From assembly GCA_003971905.1 (NCBI GenBank), contig RSEE01000039.1, forward strand, positions 1 to 64,000: 64,000 bases of DNA. The letters run 5' to 3'. Origin of the DNA: Moniliella sp. 'wahieum'. Its lineage: Eukaryota. A program made the translations under genes and the position numbers. Shown one piece after another: positions 1-12,529 of the stretch (positions within the stretch are counted from its first letter, which is position 1; every line of letters begins with the position of its first letter). Below the pieces are notes generated by a model. That model ran no database searches, was not told where the DNA came from, and was given only the letters and a program-made list of their open reading frames with translations.

Positions 1-2240
1 CACTGCGTCATGCAACGCACCAAACTTGGCCTGGGTACGGGTGCAAGACATGATGTGCTCCAGCGAGGATATGACGCCGCACTTGTACATGCTGCGCGTG
101 GTGCGCACGCGTGCGGAGCGCTGGAGACCAACCTGGACCTGCTGTCAGAGAGCTTGAGGCACGGGCGGATGGAATGGCGGAGAGCCAGTTGTGGCTCAGC
201 GGGTTGCTGTGCTCAAGCACATTGCGACCATCGGCAGCGTCCAGCTTCTGGAGTAGCTCCTGTCGACTTTGCTCCCACATCTCCTCTGGCAGCGCTGGCG
301 TTGCTTCGTAAATGCGTTGCCGTTGCCGTTGGCGGTCCCGAACGGTCAACAAGTGGTAAAAGATAGTCGTTGACCTCGTTGGCCGCGGCACGGACGTGGG
401 CGCGATATACGAGTAAAGGGGCTGCCAATCCTCCCATCCGGAGAGGCAGGCTCTTCATGAGCATGTCGAAGTGGTCGTCCTTGGCACCTTGGGGTCTTCG
501 TCGCCGGATCCGGAACTCCATACAGATGAAGGCATCAATCTCGGCCAGCACGTCGTCTAGCTCTCCTTCCATCTGCATGGTGCGGAGCAGGTGGCGCAGC
601 TTGGTCCGAGTGCTGAGCCGCCATAGTAAGAGGCGTCCCTGGCGGGTGATGTCCTCAAACTTAGGCATGTTCTCCTCAGACTGGCCAGTTGGGCCCGGAG
701 CCACGATCGACGACAGTCTACCCCCCACACAGGTGCCCACAGAACCTGCAGACCATCCTCCCGAATCTGGTCCCAGTCCCGCTCGACACACTTGCGCAGG
801 TTGAGCTTGAGGCCTGACGCGTCGTCTTCCAAAATCTCCGCGTCTAGGCCGGTAATGCCTGACCCTGGACCGAAAATCGTAATGTCATCCAGGTATGCCA
901 TCACCAGGTGCCCCGGCGGCAGGTCCTTTTCCAGTTTCCTCCAGCATGGGCCGCACCAGTGCGATGGAGAAAAAAGGGGCGAGGGGGGTGCCCTGCCTAC
1001 GCCCTGCCGACAGGACGCTGGTCTCATTTCCGCCCGACGCGACCCAAGCTGGATGGGGGAACCATAGATCCATCGGCCCAATGTGAGGAGATGGGGGGCG
1101 TAGGCATGAAGCGCCTTGGCAAAAAGTGTGCGACGGCGCACAGTGTTGAAGCGTTGGTAAAGTCGAGCATGGCGACGTGGCTGAAGTCGCCCAGTTCCGC
1201 ATCGTTCTCGCGCTGTCATGCGCTCGACCATCCGTACGATAGCTCCACCCGTTCTGCGAGGCTACTCCCAACTGGGTGGAGAGAAGCCAGCGTTGGGGGC
1301 GATCGCTCGAGCGATGGCCTTTTGGCGCACAGGGGCAGATCAGCTCCCCACAGGCGATGGGGCGGATACCTCCCGATGCCTTCTCCAGGGGGGTAAAGCG
1401 GGAGGCCAACAAGAGCTCGCGTCCAGGGGCAGTGCCGTGGTAAATACTCTTGGTGAGGGCGGTGAGAAAGGCGGCGAAGCGATCGCATTCAAGGGCTGTT
1501 TTCAGGAGGGCTGGGTCCACCCGGATAGACCTGCCCCAACGTCCATTCGAACGTGGTAATCAAAGCAGCAAACTCGATTTCGTCCAAGTCCACCACGATG
1601 CGGTTACTGCCGTCGGTGTGAGGGTGGTGCCCGGCGGTACCACGCGGCCTGTGTGTTCTCTGTACCGTGAGCGCGCCTGTCATTCAACGTGATTCTGTCA
1701 CTCGGGTCGAGGCGATGCGCCCGAGACCGGGGAAACGCAGGTCGCTTCTTTGCGCGTATCGACCGCGTAGTTGGCATGTGGGAGCAAACGCAGGCATCGA
1801 CCACGAAGCTCATGCTTGGACTGTCTTACTGCGCGCGCTACCGCAAAAAAGACGCGGTCCTCCTCGCTGGTTTGGCCCACATCCGCGGTATTACACGCGC
1901 GCGGACACTTGTCGATCTTGACCTCAAGAATACTGTGTACTGACAGCTGTCATAGTTTGGCTGATCTCGCTCCCATTTCCAATTTCTTTGTCTCGAGCGT
2001 CTCGCTCCTTCCCTGTTCCTTCCACTTCGCACCATGTCCTCTGTTCTTGCTTCTTCCCACGAACGATTGCTACACCCCTTGGCCTAGTCCGATCCTGGTC
2101 TCCCTCGCCTTAGCCCCGACTGTGACAACAGCTACCCTGCGACGCCATATCGACCAGCCAAGTCCACACGTCGCCGTGGTGACCGGCACGCAAGGCCAAC
2201 GGTCCAGGGTACTGCACTTTCCATTAACTCAAAAGGCATT
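1..2240 (-). mobile_element. Non-LTR retrotransposon of the CRE/Cnl1/MoTeR (RLE-endonuclease) type, frameshifted, continuing off the left window edge
   Basis: Minus-strand ORF pieces carry RT motifs: LLLASRFTPLEKASGGIRPIACGEL (885..1520), RQGTPLAPFFS, LVMAYLDDITIFG (557..1231), LPLRMGGL (213..791) and WLSAIP (8..391). A CCHC-like 'YKCGVISSLEHIMSC' and 'LHDAV' are readable near nt 1-100. The 5' boundary is approximate. Confidence 0.85.
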
Positions 2241-2609
2241 CTAATGCGGACTGTCGCGCTCTGCATCCGACCTGCCGGCCCTATCGCGTGGTCCTAAGCC
2301 TGTGGAAACTTCGCTACGCTCACTGTGAGGGAACGCAGCCGGCCCGTATGCTCCTTCTGTCACGCTGACTTGCTCCGCGCCCTCGAAAGCGCCGTCCTTG
2401 TCGTCTCATCCGGTCACTTACCCCGTCATTCAGCTGGATGCGCCTGCCCCACAACACAAGGTACTCGCGTGGTTCCGTCACTGGCGCCGCCACAGCCACC
2501 ACCACTCGCGCCCTCCACTCCCTTGTTGTCGGCAGCGGAGCGGCGCGAGTATGGTTCGCAGCTCTGAGGGTTATCCAAGACGTGGAAGAATGGCTACTGC
2601 CATCGCAAA

Positions 2610-3120
2610 TACTTCTATCGCATGGCCCAGCACACTCGGGCACGTTCGACACGTTGGTCCAGATGGCAGAGGCGAGTGCCAGGCAGAGCTCAGGCTGAGC
2701 GACGAGTGATTTGGTGACGCCGGTGACAGGTGACGATCAGGCTCAGGCTTGCTACCTTGAGCAACAAAACATCCTCCTTTTTTGCACCTTTCTCTATAGC
2801 CTGTTTCCGTTTTCCAGGCTTTTCCCCTCTCCCCTCCTCCAATTCCCGTTTCTGTTGAGGGCCGACGATCTGGTTCGTCGTCGGTTGCATCTGTTTTCTG
2901 CCATAGTTGGTCCAGAACGAAAGGGCAGCAATGGTGCTGTGGCCCGTGGGGTGTGAGAGAGGGGAGATAGGAGATGGGAGATAGGATCCACCCATGTGGA
3001 CCGCAGGGTGCGCGTGCGAGCGGATCGGACGCCCCGTTGCGCGTTGGGCAAGAGGTGTGTGACGGAGTCTGAGCGGCGCTCTGGCAGGCTTGGCACAGTA
3101 GGGTTGCCCCCAATTATAAG
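2610..3120 (+). pseudogene. Diverged inverted copy of the ABC transporter 3' end plus its downstream intergenic DNA (homologous to ~19160-19680, minus strand)
   Basis: Encodes 'HSGTFDTLVQMAEASARQSSG*' versus the real C-terminus 'HSGVFDTLVQMAEASASQSSG*'. The non-coding continuation aligns by eye (shared 'caatggtgctgtggcccg', 'ggatccacccatgtgga', 'gagcggcgctctggcagg.ttggcacagtagggtt'). Confidence 0.85.
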
Positions 3121-3323
3121 CCTGGCGTCGCCAGCCTGCCAGCGCACATGCCCGGCACGGCGGCAGTGTGCACGCCCCTACACAGCCCTGCGTGTGCGGT
3201 GTCCGTGCGGTGTCTGCCGTGTCGCACGCAGTACGCAATGGGCGCCCATTGTAGACCACACCCACACCACCCACCCCCCACCGGCTGTGCTTGGCGTCTG
3301 CTGCCGCCCACCACCCCTCCGCC

Positions 3324-5312
3324 ATGTCCGACCAAGAGCCGCTGCTGCTCCCGGCCGAGCGGGCCATGGCGTCCGTCGACCTGCCCCAGCCCAGCCCCGA
3401 GGTGGTCAGCGCGCTGATTGGCCGCTACCGCCTGCTGATCACAACGAACTGATCCCCGACCCCATCAACCCCGACAACATCACTTCCCGCGACGGCATTG
3501 TGACGCCCGCGGTGGAGCGTGCGTTTGCCCAGGCCGATGTGTGGCCGCAAGCTGGTCCATTTGCGCTGATTGAGGCCAGTCGTGACAACCGCTACTTGGC
3601 GCGTCGGCTGGGCGGCAGTCCGTTGGTGACCCAACGTGCGTTGGTGGCGGAAGTGTTGGCGCGTCGGTTGACCGCACGCAGCGAGCTCGCCTGGCGCTTG
3701 GCACTCAAAGACCGTCGTGGTGGTCAGGCGGCCCTGACGGCGGGCCGTATGGGTCAGCTAGACAGTCCGTGGGAACTCGACGCTGCCCACTTGAGTTTGA
3801 CGCGCAAGTACCAGCGTCTGGATGGCGAGGGCCAAGCTACCGATCCGGCATCGACGCTCGAGGCTGGTGTGGATGGCAACTGCCTTTTTTCCTTGCCTCG
3901 CCCGAGGTGCAGGGATGCGTGCGCGCACTCTGGACCGGCCACTTGGTCAAGACGTACACGCCCGATGGCGAAACCAAGATTTTGCCCTACCATGAAACGG
4001 AGGCGTTCCTGCCGTCGGATGCAGGTGGTTGGGACCTGGCCAAATTTTGGTTGCGCCACTTTAACCCGCAGCGCTTGGGCACGCCCATGTACTCCTACTG
4101 GATCTCCATCACGCTGTGGGTGGTGTTTTTGATTGTACACTCTCTCGATGCGCGCGGTCAAGGAGTTTGATATTTGGGAAGCGTCCTTGTGGGTGTTTGC
4201 GCTGGGATTCCTCTTTGAAGATATTTCGCGCTGGTTCAAACTGGGTGGGTTGGACAAGGTGGACTTTTGGGTGATTGTGGACCTGTTGACCGACTCGCTT
4301 TTTGTCGTCTCCTTTACCTGTCGTGTGCTCGGCTTTTCCTTCCCGCCCGGCTCGCAAGCAAGAGGCTGGCAACTGCGCGCGTTCCAGTTCCTGGCATGCC
4401 TCGCGCCCCTAATCTGGTTCCAGCTGCTGCGCGTGGCGGACAATGTACAGTTCTTCGGTATTGTCGAGGTCATCATCTTTGCCATGCTCAAGCAGACGGC
4501 CATCTTCTTTATCTTGTTGGTCATCACCGCCGTCGGCTTTGGCCAGGCACTGTACGGGTTGGACATGGCAGACGGACAACAAGTACCGGATCTGCTGGGC
4601 AAGCTGGCCAACTCGTTGACCCAGTCCGTCCTGGGCGACCCAGACTATGACTTGGTGGCAGAGGCGTTTGGGTATCCGTTTGGCCGCGTGCTGTACTACT
4701 GCCTGACATTTATGACCAGTCTCATCCTCTCCAACATTCTCGTTGCGTTTTTCAACTCGGCGTACGAAGAGGTGGTGGAACAGGCGGCGGACTATGCGCG
4801 TGCGTATTTGCGCAAAAGGTGGTGGCCATGGTGCGTGCGCCCGACGAGTTTGTCTACGTCGCGCCGTTCAACCTGATCGAAGCACTGTTCCTCGCGCCGC
4901 GTTTGAACGCTTCTGGCCACGCAAGGCCTACATCAAAATCAACGAGGTGGTGCAGAGCGTGGTTGTACTGCGTGCCGCTGGCCATCATTGCGCTGTACGA
5001 GGCTGGACACGACACGCAGGCTGCCCGCGCGCTCGCTCGCAGGGAGAGGAGGGCCAGGAACTGGCGTATGCCACGGGCGAGGCGCTGCTGCCGTCGAGCG
5101 AGGCGGCGACGCGCGACCCGGTCGTCGAAGGCGAGGGCGAACACAAGGTCACCCGCGTCGCCTTTGCCGAACTGATCCGCCACTTCCCCAACTCGAACTT
5201 GTACGACGACGGGGGGGTGCGCGAGCAGCAGGAGGTCACGCTCCAGGAGCTGGCCGACATCAAGGCCCAGCTGGCCCAGCTGCTGACGGCCGTGGGCAAC
5301 AAGGAGGGCTAG
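3324..5312 (+). CDS. YVC1: Vacuolar TRP-family calcium/cation channel (Yvc1/TRPY1-like), frameshifted in assembly
   Basis: ATG 3324 gives MSDQEPLLLP. TM segments in 4133..4876 include GFGQALYGLD and ILSNILVAFFNSAYEEV; VRAPDEFVYVAPFNLIE follows; the C-terminal coiled coil is ELADIKAQLAQL. Split over several frames. Confidence 0.85.
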
Positions 5313-5805
5313 GTGCAGAGATATCGAGGCGGGGCTTCTTTGTGGGTTGCTGGCTATCTTTTTTTCTTGTTTTTTTTTTCCTGTTTTGCTTCTTGCTTTC
5401 CTGCTTTCTTGCTCTGTTTCTTTCTTTCCTGTTGCGTTTTGTTCTTTTTCTGGCGCAGTAGATGTGGGCATGCGCTGTGTGGGAGCGAGGCGAGGCGGAG
5501 GCATAGTCCGATAGCGTACAGAGCAGAAGTAGCTACCCAAGGCCCATGGACATGCGCATGTGCCACGTGGCGCCCGGTGGCGCAGTGGGGCGATGATGGC
5601 TGATGGGTGATGGGTGATGATGCGCGCGCGGCGCCAGGGAGCAGCACATCACAGGCCACATCACATGCGCCAGTCCCCACCCGAGCAGCATTCACTCTTC
5701 ACCACACCACGCCCTCTGGCTGAACGCACCCCCACCACCACCACCCCCACCACCACCACCACACCTCCTCCTCCTCCCCTCCTCCTCCCCCTCCCCCTCC
5801 TGCCC

Positions 5806-8800
5806 ATGCCGCCGCTCACGCTCGCCGACGAGCTCCAGCAGCTGCAGCTGCCCGCGCCCAGCCCCACCCACACGCCCCGTCCCGCCCCATACCCATGCCC
5901 TCGCCAGCACCCCACCCTCCCCCCCCGACCTCCCCGCTCCTTCCTCCCGCCCTCCCCCGCCGCCTCGCCGTCCCCTGCCTCGCTGCCCCCCGCTGCCTCT
6001 TCGCCCCGAGCCCGTCCCCGGCCCCGACTCCGTTCCACCCCCCTGCCCCCCTCCTTTGGCGAGCGCTTCAAGTACCTGATCTGCACCTCCTGCCTCCTCA
6101 CCCCGACCTCGCCATTGGCATGTACCAAGATGCGCCCGACGCCCCCTCGGCTCCCCCCTCGACCCCCACTGGTCCAAGCACGCCCCTGCCCACCACTCGG
6201 CCCACCACCTGCGCCCTCGTCTCCTCCACGCCACCCCGTCTGGGCCACCACGCACAGAGCGCCTCGGCGTCCGTACCCACGTCCTTGCCCCCGCCCTGGC
6301 CAGACTCGCCACCTGGCTCACCTCCATCGACGAAGCGATCGAGTCGGACGAGTCGAGGGCCGTGGGCGCCGCGGCGGCCGCCGTCATCCTGGTCCTGGTG
6401 GCCTGGTGGCGCATGGCGGGCATGGTGTTGGTCAGTGCGGGCTTGGTCTTGCTTGCTCTCCTACGCATCCGTGCCCAGCGCCCGCATCGCGGCTGGGCGG
6501 AGCAGAAGAGCGCTCGGTCCGATTCCACCTCGCCTCCACCTTTTTCCCTTTGCCTGCTGCCTCTGCATCCGCGTCCGCATCGGCGGCCACGTGGGACACT
6601 GATATCTACACCCCTGCTTTGGCCAGGAAGTGTACGGGGTGTGGTGCAGGAGCAAGTGCAATCGCTGGCGAGCGAGTGTTGGACCCAAACCGTCTCGCTT
6701 CTCGCAGCGATGCGCAAATGGGACGTCGAGGTGCGGCAGGTGCTGCGTCTGGTCAAGGAGGCAGAGATCTTGCACCGAGGATACAAGCTCACCACTCCGT
6801 TGGTGCCCATCTCCAGATCGAGATGGCCAACTTTGATGCGACTGCAGCTACGACTGTGCGTGCGCATGCGCACGGGGACATGCGCCAACTTCCTCTTGCG
6901 TAAGGCCTTGCTTGACCAGCTGCGCCAAATGGAATTGGCCACGCGCGCATTGACGCAAGGCTTGCTAGACCTCGATGTGATCGATTTGGAGGAATGGGAC
7001 CTGTTGCGGGACATGTATGCGCTGGATGCACCCGTGCGTGCCTACCCCTCCCTAGGATCGGACGAGCTGGATTCCGCGGCCCGGTCCGACGTCGCTTCCC
7101 TCCTCCCACCCGACTGCCCATCACACTTGGCGCACCAGTGTGGTCCATGCGCCCGCGGTCTCGCGTCGCCAGCCCCCGCCCGGCGCCTCGGTCCGCAACC
7201 TAAAACGCTTATCGGGCGTGTCGATGGCCAGCCAAAACCTCAAGCTTTCCTCGACTGCTTCCACCCCGCGCACAGGGTACAAGCGCCTCTCCCTCCTCAG
7301 CCTGGCACGTCCCCCATCCTCAGTTCAACCTCGTTCGACGTGGCCAGCGGAACTGCCACCCCGAGTCCCGCCCCGCCCGGCTCGGACGAACCAACGAGCC
7401 TGACACGCGCACACTCACCCATGCCTCGCGCCGCAATCGGATCAGTATGTCCACCCTTTCTGCCCCGAGGGAGGGCAGGCTCAGCTCGTCCGCTTCGGAG
7501 TACGCACTGGCCCGCTTACCCTTGAGCGAGGGCGCAGGTGCGAGCGAGGGCGAGGGCGAGGGCGAAGTCGATCCCTCCCCATTGCACGCTCGTGGCGTCA
7601 GCTTGGGAGGTCTGCCTCGGTATGCTGTGTCCCCTCCCCTTCCCAGCGGGCCCACATGCACGTCCACTCCCTCTCCCACGGAGTTCCCTACTGTAAATCT
7701 TCCACTCGCCCTACTGGTCCCACGTTGTTCCCCTGGCCCGTTCTTCCGACCTGCCCACAATGCCCACCGCGGCCTCCACCTCGTTGGTGGCTCCGACGTT
7801 TGCTCCCGCTCCCGTTTCCGCTTCCGCTATTTCCCCTTCTCCTTCTTCTATCGGTACTATGTCTGCTTCTATGCTGCTGCTTCTGTTTCTGCTTCTGCTC
7901 CTGCTACTGCCGCTGCTGCTGCTGCTGCGTCGACGGCATCTGCTTCGCCCTCTGCCTCAGTATCCGAAACGGACGAGGCGGAGGAAGTGCATTGGGGCCG
8001 GCAAAGCGTTGCGAGCACGTCCATGAGCCTCTCTTCCACATTACCTTCCTCTGTTCCAAAAGAACCCAGCAGTGGACCCGCGCTTACCCCTGCGCTCGCC
8101 CGCTCCTCCCTCGCCCGCGCTCCGCCCGACACGTTCCCCCGCCTCCTGACCCTCTCTCGCTCGTCGCACTGCACGCAGCCCACCAGGCACTGCACTCGTC
8201 CCGACGCAGTAGCCTCGTTCGCTTGCTTGCACTGCGCTTCGATACCCCCCACCCTCCCCGCACTTGGGCCCAGGTAGAGCAGCTGGTCGCCCAGGCCCAT
8301 GAAACCTGGACGTCCTCCTCCCGCATGCTCCACCACGCGTTCACTACCGCCCTCTCTTACAACTCGTACCCACTTTTCTCCCTCTTCTCCTACTCCGTCT
8401 TCTGCTTCTGCTGCTTCTGCTTCTGCTTCCGATCCGTCGTCGGACCGCCGCGCCACGCTCGCCCTTCACCCCGACCTCGACCTCGAGCCGGAACTCGAGC
8501 CAGAGCTCGACCCACCTGGCCCGCTAGGCTCAACAGGATGCTCCACAGCCTACGCGCCGTCCAGGTCAAGTTGGTCAACTGTGCCGAATCGTGGACTGTT
8601 CCCTTGCCCATCGACTCGGGCTTGCATGGCGCTCCGCCTCATCGTACGGATCCGGCTGATCCGACGACTCTGGCCTCAGCCTCTGTCTTGTCGGAAGCGG
8701 CTCAGGACCAGTTCCGCTCCGTTCAGCAAGACTTGGCTTTGCTCCAGGCCGAATGGCAGAATGGCATGCACGCCTTGGCTCACCCTCACCCCGCGCGAGC

Positions 8801-9582
8801 AGGGGAAACCGCTGACCGTCCCAAAACCGATCTTGGTCTTGATCCGGCCGGAGCGCAGCGTCCCGCTGTCCCCCGTCCGCCTTCCCCCACTGCGACAGAG
8901 GTACGTTCGACTCGCTCGATCCCGAACAAATCCAAAATGGACACCACCAAAATGGAGAAACCCAATATGGATACCACCCAAATGGAGAACCCCAAAATGG
9001 GAAGGAGAACAAGGACGACGACTCCTGCCTCTGCTAGGGGAGGAAGAATACCTGCCTCTACCAGGGGAAGAAGAAGTGTACGAATCGGCCGCCCTGCCGC
9101 CACTGACGCGACAAGAACGGATCTTACTCCGACGTGCGCGCGCCGACGCCAAAGACCACGCACATGACCATGCCCACTCGGGACCCGCACAACGATCCGC
9201 CCCCCTCGAACCGCAGGTTATGCTCGACGAATTGACCAAGGTGATGGCCCAGCGTAAACGCGGGCCTCCCGCTAAGTCGGGTGGATCAGGTGCATCGGGG
9301 GCTTCGGCAAAGGCTGCGCCGGCCTCGGACCGTTCTGCCTTCCATGAGGCTCCTACCCAAGCTGCGCTTCCTCTCGCTCCTGCCTCGACCCAAGCCCCGA
9401 CCGACGCCCCGACGGATACCCCGACGGATGCGCTGACGGAACTGGACCGGGGAAGTGTGCAAAGTGTGCAAAGTGTGCATGTGGATCGGACAGCAGCGAC
9501 GGCGGCGCGGCTAAGGCGGCAGCGGCCTTGGCTGCTCAATGGGCCGGTCAGGTCGCCCCGTCTGACCACTTGGTTCGCGTAG
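5806..9582 (+). CDS. Vezatin/myosin-binding-domain-like protein with long low-complexity regions (frameshifted)
   Basis: SFGERFKYLICTSCLL motif, a TM-like segment, 'KWDVEVRQVLRLVKEAEILHRGYKL', 'LHSLRAVQVKL', 'LPLPGEEEVYES' and 'MLDELTKVM' resemble fungal vezatin homologues. Boundaries are approximate. Confidence 0.6.
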
Positions 9583-9639
9583 AGGAGGAGCCGACTGCAC
9601 CCCTCCCCTACTCGTCGCTCCGCCCCTCGCCCTCGTGTC

Positions 9640-10045
9640 GACCATGTTGACCATGTTGACCAATAACTCCTCAGTGACATGTAACATGTGACATGTGACT
9701 TGGGACTTGCGACTTGCGACTTGCGACTTGTGTCGTTGCAGGCTGTACTTCTGCCCAGGCCTGACCTCAGGCCTCAGGGGTAGTGCTGCCCTTCTACCAA
9801 CGACGTGGTTGTGGTTGCTTGACTTGGTTTGACTTGGGTTGACTCGGGTTCACTCGGGTTGTTGGGTGAGAGAGACTGGTTTCTCGCGCTTGGAGATGAG
9901 TGATGAACGATGAACGATGAACGATGCACGATGAAGTCGATGAACGATGAACGATGAAACGAACGGTACTATAGGAAACGAGATGGAACGGCCTGGATGA
10001 GTGACGATTGAGGTACGGATTGTACGGATGTATGGATGTATGGAT
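9640..10045. repeat. Cluster of short degenerate tandem repeats (GACCATGTT, GACTTGC, GACTYGGGTT, GATGAAC, GGATGTAT units)
   Basis: Directly visible, e.g. gacttgcgacttgcgacttgcgacttg at ~9704-9730 and gatgaacgatgaacgatgaacgatg at ~9902-9926. Confidence 0.8.
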
Positions 10046-10416
10046 GTGCGGATGTGCGGAGGCCCCACCCATCCTTCCCTCCGGACGTAGAAGATCGAGG
10101 GAATGTCTCGATAGGATAGTAGAGGAGAGGTGCTGGTGCTTCTTGGGTACTATAACTCTGGTTTCTCGACTGCTTGACGTGGATGCCAGTGGGAGAGGTA
10201 TACGCGCTTTAGCGTCACGTCACTAAAGAGGCAACCAGTACAATGTGGGTCACGCGGAACCTTGGTTGCGCCCGCCTTTCTCTCGTTGCTGGTTCCGACG
10301 CGCTAGCATCCGTCACCGCCAAGAAAGAAGAAAGCAACAACAAGAGAGAGACGCATCGTTTATCCTTTAGAGAGGGGTTACTGGTTAAAAGCTAAGTAGA
10401 GATTGCAGCAACGACA

Positions 10417-10488
10417 GGGCGGATAGCTCAGGGGTAGAGCGCTTGCTTAGCATGCATGAGGTCCGGGGTTCAATTCCCTGTTCGTCCA
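10417..10488 (+). tRNA. tRNA-Ala(AGC)
   Basis: 72-nt cloverleaf: acceptor GGGCGGA/TTCGTCC with G3:U70 Ala determinant, anticodon loop TTAGCAT, T-loop TTCAATT, downstream T-run. Confidence 0.95.
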
Positions 10489-10972
10489 TACCTTTTGCTG
10501 TTGGCGGAGCCAGAATCCTGGATCCTGGGTCCTGCCAGAATCATGTCCATGTTGGTTCCTCCTCGGCTCAGAACGATCACTCAAAGGATGTCGGGGCTGG
10601 TTGGTTTGGATTAAGAACCAACACTGCAGGTTATTTTGAAAACTCACTCGTCAACATTTTCTTTTTTTCTGACGCCCTCTGTTCCGTGCTTGCAGCGCGC
10701 TGCTGCAGTCCCGCAGTTGGATGAGCTTGGTCGCAGTCCTGCCTGCGTCCAGTGCCCACGGGCGGACCGGACTCAGGGTCATTCCCATGGAGCGAGAGAG
10801 AAAGAAAGGGAGAGAAAGAGAAAGAGAAAGAGAGAGCAGCCATCGCCACCGGTGGGAGTGTGGGGGGAAACGGCGGAATGTATTTCCGCTCTTCATTTTT
10901 TGTTTTTGCTGGATGCCGCCCTGCCCTAATCGATAATCGCTGGGGCCGTCCCCGCCCCCCCTCCCCACCATC

Positions 10973-11636
10973 ATGGGCAAAGCGAAGAAGACGAAAAAAT
11001 TTGCCGACCGCAAGCGCCTGCTGAGCACCACCGACCCCAGGCTGTATGTACCCTTGTTTCTATCGCGCTGTTCTTTGTTCTGACTGCCTCCTCTCGGTTC
11101 GCTCCCACTAGCAAATCGAGCCAAGCCCGGATTGCGCGCGAGGGCAAGAAGGCCGCCACCACGCCCGAGGGCAAGAAGATTCAACATGTGACCCAACTGC
11201 CGTCCTCGATGTTCCTGCAGGCCAATACTCAGCTCGGCCCGCCTTACCGAGTCATCATCGATACCAACTTTATCAACTTTTCACTCCAGAACAAAATCGA
11301 GGTCGTGCAGGGTCTGATGGACACGCTCTACGCGGCCGCTATCCCCTGTGTGACCGACTGCGTCTTGGCCGAGCTGGAAAAGTTGGGGTCCAAGTACCGT
11401 GTGGCGTGCGTGTCGCCAGAGACCCCCGGTTTGAACGGTTGCCTTGCTCCCACAAGGGCACATATGCCGACGACTGCATTGTCCACCGCGTACAAACCCA
11501 CAAATGCTACCTCGTTGCTACCTGCGACCGCGAACTGAGGCGTCGCCTGCGCCAAATCCCGGGTGTACCGCTGATCAATATCCAGAAACATCGGTATGCC
11601 GTCGAGCGGCTCCCGGACCAAGGTATGGCGTCCTAA
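10973..11636 (+). CDS. FCF1: rRNA-processing PIN-domain protein Fcf1/Utp24; intron ~11044-11111; one frameshift near 11405
   Basis: MGKAKKTKKFA..., LGPPYRVIIDTNFINFSLQNK, TDCVLAELEKLG, CSHKGTYADDCIV, VATCDRELRRRLRQIPGVP. Confidence 0.93.
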
Positions 11637-11759
11637 CTGCGTCTTGGCCGATGAACCAATTGTATTCCTAGTTTTTCTACTCGTATCGCTCCTTCCACCC
11701 CCCCAAACTGGTGCAGACTTTCACGACAACAGGCATTTGGTGACGCTAACAAGACGAAG

Positions 11760-12380
11760 AGTAGCAAGATAGATTAGAAAGAACTACGTACCGCAACCGG
11801 TCGCCGTGCAACTGGTCAGGCCGGCTGATCCAACTCTACCTTGAGCGGCTCGAGGCGGTACTCGCCCCAAAAGGGGGGCCGTGGTACCTGCGTTATCTTT
11901 CCTGCATGTCCTCTCTGAGTGGGGGAAAAGGAAGGTCAATCCCACTGCCCCCGGGAACGGCAAAGCGCGCCTCTTGAGCTTTGACCCTCTCCACCAATGT
12001 ATCCCTGAAAGCAATCAAATTGCGACTGCGGCAACGCCCATACGCCCATGCACCCACATGAGACGGTCGCGAGTGAAAGTACTCTTCGCTCTCTTCAACC
12101 TCCGAGACTTTGGTGGTTACAACCAACCACACGCACTTGACGATGCATCGCACGCCGATCACGAATAAGCCCCCGCCGCAGGTTGGACGCATGTCGTGGT
12201 CCTTAGGGCTGTGTGGTAGTTGGTAAAAAAGACAATCCCTTCGGGATCCGCCTGCTTGAGCAGCACCGCTCGTCACGACAGCGCGGCGGCCGTCGTGCCT
12301 GGCGCTGAGACTGGGTGATCGAGATGATTTCAAGCCAAACCCCCGCGCGCGGCCCAGGATCGACGGCTGTCTCAGCTCCA
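11760..12380 (-). pseudogene. Decayed pyridox(am)ine 5'-phosphate oxidase (PDX3/pdxH-like) relic
   Basis: Minus-strand frames read in order: 'S*RAVLLKQADPEGIVFFTNY', 'ESEEYFHSRPSHVGAWA', 'VPRPPFWGEYRLEPLKVE' and 'PDQLHGDRLRY'. These match pdxH motifs RxVLLK..GFxFYTNY, YFxSRPxxSQxGAWAS, PxPxxWGGYR and RLHDR. Contains an in-frame stop, substitutions at conserved sites and frameshifts. Confidence 0.75.
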
Positions 12381-12529
12381 CACTGCCCCTACGCCTGCTG
12401 TTGCGTCCTTCTTGCCTCTCGCCGTCCCATCATCCATCCCATCCTCCTTGAAGCGCTAGCTTGAGGCCTGGCCCGAACCTCCCACGTTGTGTCCTCCGCC
12501 ACCACCATCCATCCCCTCTAGCCGCTGCC

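Noticed and set aside
5614..9680. Many overlapping long ORFs on both strands
   Set aside because: High-GC low-complexity DNA depleted of stop codons; explained by one frameshifted vezatin-like gene.
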